A stretch of 61,822 bases of DNA, counting the filler, from Sluysia triapertura (lineage: Eukaryota), in NCBI GenBank assembly GCA_046118255.1. It is 5 parts of 5 records of this genome, joined end to end, with 100 filler letters (N's around TTAATTAATTAA, not from the genome) between each part and the next. Parts side by side here need not be neighbours in the genome. Positions count along the whole stretch, not along the records: positions 1 to 13,265 come from JBJNIA010049117.1; 4 more parts are not named here. One strand, 5' to 3'. Below the pieces are notes generated by a model that worked only from the letters and a program-made list of their open reading frames with translations, was not told where the DNA came from and ran no database searches. Of the stretch, positions 1 through 11,479 are shown one piece after another. Each line of letters starts with the position of its first letter. Position 1 is the stretch's first letter. A program made the position numbers and the translations under genes.

Positions 1-205
1 TCTACCACTGAGCTATCAGCCCCGTCTAACTTTTTCATTTTCAATATATTCAATTATACTACTTGGCACTTTTTTTTAGGCCTTTTACCCCAACACATCA
101 ACAAGGAAAACTTTATTGAGAATAAAAAACAAATACTACTGGTAACAAATGGACGATGATATTAAGAATTGAACATTTTGTTGTAGATGAAAAAACACAA
201 CAATA

Positions 206-651
206 GTGCCATTCAAACAGATGAGACTACTACCAGATTCAATTGGAAATAAATATATAATTATATTTGAAGATTATTTAACCAAGTGGCCAGAAAAATA
301 CCCAATGCCAAATCAGATGACTGAAACAATAGCACAAATTCTGGTAGAAAATTTATTTACAGGTACGGTAAGCCAAGAAAATTACTCACAGACCAAGGTA
401 CGAATTTTACCAATGACGTAAAAAATCTGTTGTGATAATCTTCGTCATTTTAAGAATCTATATTTAACTATATTACCTTCAAACAGATGCTTAATGGAAC
501 GTTTCAATAAAACAACAATAAATATGATATAATCACATGTTAATGAACGACAAAATAATTGGAATTTAACATAACACCATGTTTATTTGTTTGTCGAAAT
601 TCAGTATATCCGGCAACAAAATTAACTCAATTTTACTTTATATATGGAAGA
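206..651 (+). pseudogene. Decayed Ty3/gypsy-type integrase (rve core) fragment
   Basis: Reads GNKYIIIFEDYLTKWPEKYPMPNQMTETIAQILVENLF, then after a frameshift RYGKPRKLLTDQGTNFT...MERFNKT...RNSVYPATKLTQFYFIYGR. These are the D, D and E integrase motifs, with frameshifts and in-frame stops. Confidence 0.9.
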
Positions 652-1292
652 ATGTAACAAAAACGTGCAAATCATATGTGAATAAATTATCATAATCAAA
701 TAAAATAAAGTTAGAGAGTGAAAATGATGTCAAAGGTTAGAACGGAACATGATGAACTACATTAAATTTGTGACTGATCAACAAATACATTTAATATAAA
801 TTCTTTAGAAAATAATTTTTTACTGATAAACAAGAAGATTTTTCTCAATTATAAATAAATTATTTATGAATGCATAAATTTATTAAAATAATCTAATTTA
901 TGTTATAAATTATGAATTATATTTTAATTTTTAATTATTCCTCTTTGAAAATGAAACATAACCTTTTTTTCATAATAAAACTAAACATACTAATAAATAA
1001 GTTGATATTAAAAAAATCAGGAAGAATTCAACATCAAAGTTTCGTTTAAATAATATATGTTTACTATTTATCAGCTGACTTTTCCTAAATAATTGGAGTT
1101 AAACAACACAATTTACTTTTATAGTTATATTTTGTAAAATGCTTAAAATTGTATATTTAAATTGCATATGCTTTATTTAAATCGTTAAAACTTTTCTTTT
1201 CAAAAATATTATTATAATTTAATAAATTTAATTTTTTAATTTAATTAAATTTTAATTTGAATTATCTATTAATTTCAATATTTTTATTTTAG

Positions 1293-1339
1293 AGTTTTCT
1301 CAAGTCATATTATTCTTCTGTTTCGTCATATTTAGTTGG
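1293..1339 (+). CDS. BSDC1: BSD domain-containing protein, first visible coding exon (SFLKSYYSSVSSYLVG; no ATG in exon)
   Basis: Acceptor ttttag at 1292 and donor gtaact at 1340. Splices in frame across a 33-nt intron to the next exon. Confidence 0.65.
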
Positions 1340-1372
1340 GTAACTAATTTTTTTACTTATATGTATTTTTAG

Positions 1373-1484
1373 AGAAGATAAGAATGAAGAAGAAAAGAAA
1401 TCGGAAACTGATAATGTAAAGCATTCTAAATCTGAAGGCTGGTTAAGTGGTATGTATAATGAAGCTTATTCTCACACTGGTGAA
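1373..1484 (+). CDS. BSDC1: BSD domain-containing protein, exon
   Basis: Bounded by tttttag and gtaagc. Encodes EDKNEEEKKSE...EGWLSGMYNEAYSHTGE, followed by a 40-nt intron (1485-1524). Confidence 0.8.
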
Positions 1485-1524
1485 GTAAGCATTACATGAA
1501 GTTATTATATGAATCAATATTTAG

Positions 1525-1857
1525 ATTTGGAGTGCAGTTAAATCAGATCTAACGGAATTTGCTAATGTAATATCAAATGATGCAAAATATGTTGTAGTTA
1601 AAACTGCAAATGGAGTTAAACATGGATTAATGCAATTAGATGTAAATATGACAAGTAATAATATGGACGATAGTAATAATGCAGGTGAACAAAATACACT
1701 TACTAATACACAGAGTTCTGAAGCAAGTGGATATAATATAAAAGCAACAATTTATAAAGTTTTGGATCAAGTGGGTAAAGTTCTTTACATACCTCCAGAT
1801 GATGATTATGAGTATGAAGATCATTACGATGATAATACAATTTGTTCTAGAGCTGAT
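1525..1857 (+). CDS. BSDC1: BSD domain-containing protein, exon
   Basis: IWSAVKSDLTEFANVISNDAKYVVVKTANGVK resembles the BSDC1 N-terminal KRDLTEF block. Contains ORF 1630-1881 and ends at donor gtaagt (1858). Confidence 0.85.
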
Positions 1858-2830
1858 GTAAGTTTTTACTTTGTTAATTAATTTAGTTTTCTAATGTTAT
1901 TTATGCTAATTCTTCCACTACCCCCAATACGATTTTATTAATTTTGCCACCTCCAATTTGGGGTTATTTAGTAAATTATAATTTAATATAGCTTTAGTGT
2001 CGAGAAAAACTTTCTTTAAAAATAACAGAGCTGTTGATCTTTTAAACAATTTATTTTAATGTCAGTAAACTTTCTAATGAGGAGCAAAAATGAATGAACC
2101 TTTATTAACACGTAAACAAAATTACAGAACAAAACTAAAACGACACACAAAATATTATTACAAGCGTAATAATAAATCAATAATAAATTTTTGGTATTAA
2201 TAGTGTACTTTTATCAGTAATGTTAAATTATTGTTAGAAAATAGTAATAAAGTTTACGTAAATTTTATACTTAAATTAAGCTAAACTTATAACTAAAGTT
2301 TTCCTTTTATAAATGTCTTGTTTAAGAAAGAGTTGAATTAATGACGCAGAACTGATTCTAATACCTTTGATTCATTAGTTCTCTTTAAAATTATTTGCAG
2401 AAAAATATCATAATTCTAAATTCTTGAGCTTTGATAATAAAGTTATCCTTTATTATAAAGTTGTGATAAAATTCTTGAATTCTTAAAATTTGATTAAGTT
2501 TTATATATTATTTAGTAATACAAATTTTATAATGTAGGCTTCAAATACTAATATCGTAAGTTTTTGTATAATGTAAAATTATTTATTAGTATTATCAACT
2601 TTATTAATTATCTTTGTTTACTTGATTTTAGTTTATGAAGTTACGATAATTTATCACTCGAAACTTTGTATAACAAAATTATTATATGTTATCGTGAAAG
2701 GCTGATTGTCAGAGATGGAGGTGCGAATTTTACGTTTGATTTTTAATTTAAAACCACTGGAAAAATTCGAATCAAGTGTCTGTGTATATTAATTGAGTTG
2801 TGTTTGCACAAGAATAAAATTAAATTAAAT

Positions 2831-2883
2831 GTGAGTTCACCAACGTATCTAGTCTTACCAGTTAGGGCTAACCGTTGGATTTT
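2831..2883 (+). repeat. Structured ~55-nt dispersed motif, copy 1
   Basis: GTGAGTTC-A-CCAACG...CTTACCAGTTAGGG...CGTTGGATTT, preceded by AATAAA. Near-identical to the copies at 3648 and 5161. Confidence 0.85.
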
Positions 2884-3647
2884 AAAAGAAAATAACTACT
2901 GGAGATAATAGATCAACAATGTCTAGGAATATTTAATTAAGGTAAGTTTTATCTATTCCGATATATTTGTCTTATTAATTTAAAAGGGGGTTTGCGTTAA
3001 TTTCTTATATATATTTTATCAGTTAACTTTGCGAGAAATCCTTCTAAAATAGGATATAATGTTATTGTATTTAAATTCGAAAAATTTATTTGATGGAAGT
3101 TTTTGAAACAAAATTTATCAAAATCATTTAGGTTATTATAAAAAGAATAATTTATCATAATTACAATTGTACGATCTTTAAAATATAAGTTGTAAGTTTT
3201 GAAATCAAGATAATTCTTATTTAAAATCAAACAATAAGGATAACATATAAGACATTTATTAATATGAAATTTAATGCCGATAATAAATAAAAGGTTTAGT
3301 ATCATCTCTGAATATATTGAGGGTAAAACCTTAAAACACATAAAATTCAACTAAAAACGAAAAGTAAATAAAATCAAAACTTCGTACTTGACATAAACTT
3401 AATGAATCTTTGTTCACCGTTATGAATAGAAATTTTCGAAATGTCGTGATAAGCATCAATGGGTTCGATCGAATCCGGTCGAGGAATAAACACCCGGTTG
3501 AATTGGTTCTAACAATTTGAAACAACGAATTTATATGTATATGAATTGATAAAATATATTTAATAGCGTTCATGTGTTTTGTTAACGATAGTGTTATTAT
3601 TGTGGAAATATTTAAAGTAGACTAATAGAATAAAGCAGAAGTTTAAC

Positions 3648-3698
3648 GTGAGTCCACCAACGTACTGGGCTTACCAGTTAGGGTCAGACGTTGGATTT
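3648..3698 (+). repeat. Structured ~55-nt dispersed motif, copy 2
   Basis: GTGAGTCC-A-CCAACGT-ACTGGGCTTACCAGT-TAGGGTCAG-ACGTTGG-ATTT: a 7-bp outer stem with an inner ACTGG/CCAGT hairpin. Confidence 0.85.
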
Positions 3699-5160
3699 GT
3701 AGATAAAAGTAAAATGTAAAAAGAATTGCCTCAAAATGTAGCGTTAGTTGAAATCTTCTTTATTTGATTTTATTATTAATTTTTCGAATCTTTTATAACG
3801 TCTGGAGGTGTATAAAAGTATTAAGAATAATCTAAACAATTTAATAGATATTTTATATGGATCCTATGAAAAGGATCGTTAATAGATGTTTTACGAAGTT
3901 AGAATTAAAATCTAACTAGGGAATTCGTTTAGTAGTATCAATTTTTATAATTTTATATAATTTAATAATAAGAACAATAATTTTACGGAAAATTTTATTA
4001 AACAGTAAGAAAAATGAAATGACTTACAAACTTGAATAAAAATAATGATATAATTTGCAAAGGAATTATTCTATGTAATTCCTATCTCAATAATATTTTT
4101 ATCAAAGGATTTTGCGAGGATCTGTTATAAGATCCAAATAATTTAAGTCTATTTTACGTTGATATCTCTAGGATATCTAAAGAAATTATAGAATGATCAG
4201 GCCACAAATGATTGCTTGAAAATATAGATTATCGCAAATGGGGAGTCCAAATTATGTTTTAATGATCTGTACCAAATTTCGGTATCCAAAATTTACGAAA
4301 TACCAAATTGTGTTTTTTCAAAATTGTTATGAAGATTTTTGTGTAAAATTGTGTTTTTTCAGTTTGTTTATGAAAATTGTGATTTGTTCTTCCTTTATAT
4401 ATAAATTTTGCTGGCCCTGGATATATAATTCTTTAAAATAAAATTTTAATTTAATAAAACAAAATGTATAAATTTAAAAGTTTAATAGATATTGAACATA
4501 TTAAAAATAATATTTACAAAAATATTAAACATACTATAATTGTCCAAAACAATAGTTATCCAATATTTAGTAATTTTCCAAATAAAATGATTACAAAATG
4601 AAATAAAATAATTATAAAACGAAATAAAATGATCAATAAATCATAATATTAAATAAAAATCTATTGTTAATTCGAACAAAATCAATCAATAAATAAATGT
4701 TTATACTTTAGTGTGTGTTCGATTAATGTTTATACTTTCCATTATGATGTTTTAAGAGTTGATGAGAATTCGGAGATACGATCGTATTATAAATTTCAAT
4801 AATAACATTCTTGTTAAAGCTTTTCCAGAGACATGTGATATATAGATAAAAAATTTTATGTTAACATCATTTAAGGTTGAATAATAAAGTTTCAAATAAA
4901 GTGTAATAATGATTAAGATAACATTCTTATTAAAACTTTCACTACCATTAATCTGTCTTAATATTGAACGCACAAAAATTAAATGATAAAATTTCGTTAT
5001 TAGTGTATTATTGGTTACAAAAATAGTTTTATTAATAAAAATTCTTGGTACTTATAATAAATTCTTTAACATAAAAAGTTTTCATCATTACTATAGAAAG
5101 ACTTTATTTCCTATCATTGTGTGAGAAAAGTGTGCAAATAGAATAAAGTAAATTGAATAT

Positions 5161-5212
5161 GTGAGTTCACCAACGTACTTCACTTACCTGCTAGGGTCAG
5201 TCGTTGGATTTT
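5161..5212 (+). repeat. Structured ~55-nt dispersed motif, copy 3
   Basis: GTGAGTTC-A-CCAACGT-ACTTCACTTACCTGCTAGGGTCAG-TCGTTGG-ATTT. Confidence 0.85.
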
Positions 5213-7496
5213 TTTTATAAAGTTTCTATTTTAAAACTTAATTCTTTTAATATTTTTATATCTTGTAAAAGTTCTCCTTCATTGTCTTTAAACTTATTAT
5301 CTAATTATGGTTCAAATATTTTTTCTGATGCTTGTTCTTCTACTACATGTTCAACCCACTTTTGCTAAATCTTATTTATATTAATTTAAATTTTTAATAA
5401 TTCATTTTACAACTATGAAAGGTATCAATTAACGTTCCTATTCTGACTTTATTCTGAAATTTATTTTTAGTCTACTTTATCCATGATACGTAATAATGAC
5501 TATTTGTCTTTCATGCATGAAATTATGTGTTAAGTTTAAAAGTGTGTATAGATTTGGATCTTTCTGAACCTTAATTCAATTGAGTGGGTACCCTATAAGA
5601 TCTTTTGGATTATTGCAGAAGATGGAAAGAGAGGCGTATAATAAAAAACTGGAAGGAAGTTTTGAGAGGGAATTAGTGAAGTTAAAAGTGTTAAAAGAAA
5701 TTCCATTTAGTTTATTTTTATTTTTAAATTTTAAATACAAATTTTAATGATTTTTAATGCGATGAATGCTTTGAATGTTATAAAAATATGATTTTCAGTG
5801 TAATGTGAAGTGTTAAATTTTTGCGTAAAGATGTTGGCTCTATAAAAATTTAATATTTTACAATATCCGATATGAAATTTCGGATTAATAATTGATTTGG
5901 GAAATTGAGTTTGAATAATTCTAAAACCATAATTTGCAGTCGATCCCTCTTAAACAGGATAGTGATACCAATTTTAATCTGTGATATTTTTTATATATGA
6001 AATTTTACGAATGATCCTATTAAACAGGATCACTAAATTCAATTAGGTTACGTGCTCCGATATTAAAATTGGTTCTTGTGAAAGCAATAAAAATGATTTT
6101 AATTTATTTAAGACAAACTTAAAAAAACAAGGTTTATTTTTATATATATTAAAATCGAGTACAACTTTATGTTACAATTAGATACAAGAAAAAAATTCTT
6201 ACAAATAATAATTAAGGTTAAGCTTTTTATAAATATTTGGTAGATTAACAGTAATGATGTTAATCTTAATAAAACATATTGATTAAAAATTTTGAATCGA
6301 ACCTTTTTAAATGGTTCTAAAATATTTTAATGTTAATGCTAATTTCCATGGCAAATGGATAAAGTGAATTCAGATCTGTTTTTTGCTAGCAATTAATATT
6401 GATAGCACTTAATAAATTATTGCATTATAAACCGAGGATGACTCAAGGATCCGTAATTACGATAGCACAAATCGATTAACATTTTCACAACATTCTGCGA
6501 CATATCTTACATGATAAATAAATGAAAATTGTCTCAAATAAATTGTAAATTTATTTCGATATTTTAAACTTTGTACTTATGGAGAATTACAACTGGAATA
6601 TGTTGATGAATTCTTCAAGTACCGAGAGAAATATGACAAGAAAACCTATTAGAGTTCACTAAAATATGTTGTGAATATTATCTTCAGAGCCATGCCCTTA
6701 TTAAAAATATTCTGCTCGTGACAAAATGTTGTTAATAGTTTCGTCTTTCCTAATTTTGATGTTACATAGTCGCATTGATTTGTTATATTTAGGACTATTT
6801 TATATTTATGTTGTAGTAAAACTTTATTTTTATTTTCTGTCAATGACAAAATAATAATAATCATTATTATTGTACTTGTACTTTTGGTGTTTTATGAGTT
6901 TTAGTCGGTTTTTTAAGTTGTAAGATGAATGCTCGTGTATATTTAAATATTAAATATATTATATTAAAGGCAATATATTTGTGTTTAAAATGTTTTATTT
7001 TCAAATTATTTTTTACAATGTTTACCGGGTTATGGCAAACATACATTCTACTTTATATGTATAATTTATACTTATGTAAAATTTATTTCCACGTATAATC
7101 ATCATCTACTTGGTTTAACGTTAGATAAATTATTAAACGGCCTCACTACAATGTAACGAAAAGAAATGGCTTTTAGTCATGAAAAGGTTCTTCACCATTG
7201 AGGTAGACGCTGAATGATTACAAAAATTAAAAGTCTAGGGTATAATATTCTAAATGTCAAGGATATTCAATTATGAATCATGTTTTAGGAATATCTTGAA
7301 GATTCTGCTGAAATAAATAGTAAATTATATAAACCAATCACTTAGTTTCACGAAAAGGTCGAATTGATACAGTGAATTATTATCAATTATTTATCTTTAT
7401 TAAGTTTCCTTTAGGATAGCATTTTGTTTGAATATCATAATGGTTTAGCTACTTGCCTTTTATTTTGAACAAAATATAATACTCAATAATTTTTAG

Positions 7497-7723
7497 GCTC
7501 GAATTGAATGTTTACAACGTGATAGAAAAACATTTGAAATGGATCCTACATCGGAATTAGAGATAGATCAAGATTTAGGTGAGTTTTCTGAATGGAAGAA
7601 GAACTTGAATATTGATGATTTCCAATCAACAATTAGTGAATTAATTCGTACTAATCAAATTTTGTTTGATCAATATGCTGAATTAGTACCTCGTGTCGTC
7701 ACACATGATGAATTTTGGTCAAG
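7497..7723 (+). CDS. BSDC1: BSD domain-containing protein, BSD-domain exon
   Basis: ARIECLQRDRKTFEMDP...ISELIRTNQILFDQYAELVPRVVTHDEFWSR matches the BSD signature (LVP..V....FW.RY). Acceptor ttttag, donor gtatgt, in phase after a 5.6-kb intron. Confidence 0.92.
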
Positions 7724-8179
7724 GTATGTATGCTTTATCATAGTTTGTTTAATTAAGTATTTTGTTATATTTGATATTTGACTTATTTATTCAAACCATT
7801 TTGGATGACTTTGCATTCGTTGCTATTTTAATTATACATAATTATCAGACACAAATACCAAATGCACAAGAAATAAAATTAACTCTTTGCAAAACTGAAA
7901 ACAAAACACACAAAGCAAATAGCATTAAATACAACCAAAAATAAATTATATAGAACTGTAATTTTATTTTGGAATTATTGTTTTTAGTAAACTGTAAAAA
8001 GAGATCTTTCATCTGAGTTTTATAGTGGTTAATTTTCTTTATTTTTAATGACACTTCTTTCTTTTATTTAAAGGCTATTAAAATTATTTTATTGCAATTT
8101 TTATAAAAATTTACATTACTTTCTTCCAGTAATTCACTATAGTGTTTATTATGAGTTGATTATTTTGATTCGTACATAG

Positions 8180-8280
8180 GTATTTCTATCGAGTAGCAGC
8201 TATAAAATCAGAGGAATCGAGACGGGAGATGTTAAAATCAAAAATTATGAGTCAGACAGAACAGTCAAAAACATCAATTG
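8180..8280 (+). CDS. BSDC1: BSD domain-containing protein, exon
   Basis: Acceptor catag, phase 2, continuing FWSR|YFYRVAAIKSEESRREMLKSK. Donor gttatt at 8281. Confidence 0.88.
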
Positions 8281-8367
8281 GTTATTATTTCATAATCAAC
8301 GTAATTGTAGCTGCAATTTATAAATTTTTATTTATATTTAAGATAATATCGAAAATTTTAATTTTAG

Positions 8368-8462
8368 ATGAATGGGGTGATTCTGGTGATGGTAAAAGTG
8401 TTATTAAAGAAACAATTTCTGTTGAAAAATCCGAAAATGTAAATAAAGAAGTGGAAGAAAAG
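8368..8462 (+). CDS. BSDC1: BSD domain-containing protein, exon (3' end of gene not located)
   Basis: Acceptor attttag, encodes DEWGDSGDGKSVIKETISVEKSENVNKEVEEK, probable donor aag|gttaat. Confidence 0.7.
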
Positions 8463-11400
8463 GTTAATAATAATAATTATTATTATTATAATCGCACTGT
8501 TACAGTGTACCCAGAATTTTGATCGGGTTTTTAAATAGTCGTAAATTTTTTTATCTGGTAGTTGTTTGACAGAGTTGAAAGTTTTATTTGTAAATGAAAA
8601 CTCCTTTATAGTATCTCGATTTTAAATCATTAAACGAATTTTATGATGAGTTTGAATTTAACTTTTAGAAAACGAATATACGAATATAATCAAAGTTAAT
8701 ATTTTAATCAAAATCAAATTTTTTGTTTTCTAAGATAATAGAATTTATCAGATGACTAAAAACGAAATTTCGGTTTACCAGAATAATTAGAATTAATTAA
8801 CTATGAATTGTAACAAAATTTTTTGAAAGCAATTTTTTTCTATTTCCTAATTATCGTGTTTTCGTCATAAAGAAATATAGCTAATAATTATTCAATTTTC
8901 ATGATATAACATCTTTATTATAATTTTAATATTTGGGGCGCAACACCCACATTAAATTAAAATTTATTTTTGTAAAATAATAAAAGGGGCGTGTCACCAT
9001 GATAAAAATTCTTAATATAAAAGTGATATAAAAACACAAAAAATTTAAGTGATTAAAAAGACAAAATAATCTTATGACATTGTATATTCCTCGGTGGTAG
9101 TCAATCTTAGACATTAATGCGATTCGGCAATAAGCAAATTTGGTGGCAATTAATCTTGGAACGGCAAATATTAATCATTAATAAACACTCTTCGGGCCGA
9201 TGCTTGCCCAGGAGAAAATTTATTTCGCGGAATTTTGTCTAAAGATACGCAACCATTTGTTTTTTTGTAAGTTTACTTATTAAGTTATTGTTTACAGCAG
9301 GGATTTATTTATTTAATTATTTATTTAAATAAATAATTATTTAATTATTTCAACTTAATTAAAATCTAATAAAGTTGTATTAATGTATATTAAGTTATAC
9401 TTATTTAAATTTACAATGGGTACATATTTTATAAGCCCATAATTGGGTGAATAGGCACTTCTCAAAACACGAAGTGTTTAATCGAATAATAATCTGTAGT
9501 TTCCTATCTAAAATGTGAACTTGACTATCGACAATATTCACTATAGGTAACTCAACCAATTATCAAGTAACTGATAAGCATTTGGTTTTATAAAGAGCAA
9601 CTCTTGTATATGTGCTAAAAAATAACAAAATTTAACGGATCAATAACGTCAATAAAAGCGTGATTTAGGATATCATTAATTTTAATATCTTACCAAAGGT
9701 AGAACTTGTCTCTCATAGAATTTCATGATATCATGGTTATTGTGCTACTATTGGGATTCTGTCTAAAAAATTATAATATTAATAGTACGATAAAATTATG
9801 CTAGTATTTTCTTCATCTACTTTTACAAATTAAATTTATGGGTTCGTTTACATTCAACGATTTATCTCTAATTGAGGATACAGCCGTAAAAATTCGACCT
9901 TAAAATTTCTTTAGATATTATCAGTTAAACTTATATGGTCTTTTAATTTGTACCTCGATTATGTCACTGAATATTTAAGAACTCGAGTAGTTGTCTAACA
10001 ATTCAATGTAATTTTTAAAATTAATTAAAGGACAACTCGAAATAAATTAATTGTATTATAAATTGCAAGTGAATAAATGTAATGTTAACTAATACAAATG
10101 ACAAAAATGACTAATACAAATTGACACTAATAAATATCCTGTGTAAGGAAAATATAACGTCACAAATAATGGTGCGATATTGATGATTGTGAGTAAATAT
10201 GTAAGACTATCCTTATAAAAAGCAAGCTTACGATCATGGAAATTTGAATAATGATGAAATGATTGCAAGTAGTTTGACGAAAATATGTGACTGTGCCAAA
10301 TACTATAACCAAAAATATAATACAAAATCCAATAAAGATCAAATTTTATTTTTCTCGATCACTAAACATTCCTTAGCGAGAGTTTTTTCTATCTTTAATT
10401 ATTAGTTTTTCAATAACTAGAATAGTCAATAACAAAACAGCAGAGATAAAACTGATAATAAAATAATCTTAATAACAAACTAATAATAATTAAACAATAA
10501 AATGGTTGTAACTGATAATAAAATAGTTGTTAAGATGTTATTATTTGTAGTAATTCTTCAACTTATTACTTATGAAAATTAATATAATTATTTTTTCGTA
10601 AAAATTATGTACAAACTTTATATATTTACAGTTACATTTATTACAATTATAATAAATACAATAATAATAATTATTATTATAATAAAATTTTGAAAAGTAT
10701 GCTTAGGCTCATGATATTACACTTAATTTTAAGGCATAACGCCCATACTTAGTAACATGCGGTAGTAATAAAAATTTTTGGAAGAATGACATTCCATTAT
10801 AATATATCGTCGTTCTAAAACGCTCTGAAAACACAATCCATTAGACTCAATTGTTAGACAGCAAAAATCTTTAATAAAAAATAGGCCAGTTTAATATTCA
10901 AACTATTAAATCACTACGAGACATTTGGCAACTAATTCCTTCGGTTCGAGCTATAACCCGTAAGAGGTATATTCGTAACAATACGAGTTCCTACCGAAGA
11001 TTCATTACAATAAATTTATGAATCGTAAGTTTGTATTAAATAAGTTTTATCTTGATTAATTCAAGGAATAAAATCTAGTTAAAATCCAAATTTATGAATT
11101 TTTTCTAAAAGTAATTTAAAAGTACTTAAGTTATTTCAAATAAGATTTTAAATTTATATTGAGCATTGCTCATCTATATGGTTAACTTTAACATAATTAG
11201 AATTTCGTAGCATTAATCTTTGGCTTCAACTGTTTTATGTATTTGACAACTTTTAACATCATTAAGAATTTCATGTCATCGCTCTTTTACTTCATTTATT
11301 TATTTAATGAACTTTTATTTATATCATTGAACATTTCATAACACAAACCTTTAAAGTTGCTCTTTCATTTCTCACAGTACTTGAAAAGTTTTTGTAGACA

Positions 11401-11479
11401 TCTTTTTAATTTTTTAATAATTTAATTAAATCAATTTTTACCAGCTATATTTTATAATTTTTCTTATCTGATTTTTATT

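Noticed and set aside
3270-3460. Kinase-like words IISEYIEGKTL ... FVHRY on the + strand
   Set aside because: Several stops lie between them, there is no DFG or Gly-loop, and it is plausible by chance in AT-rich DNA.
3648-3698. Assigning the 55-nt motif to twister, pistol or HDV-like ribozyme classes
   Set aside because: There are partial word matches (GGUAAGCCC, GUUAGGG), but the required pseudoknot segments and catalytic junctions are absent or not conserved among copies.
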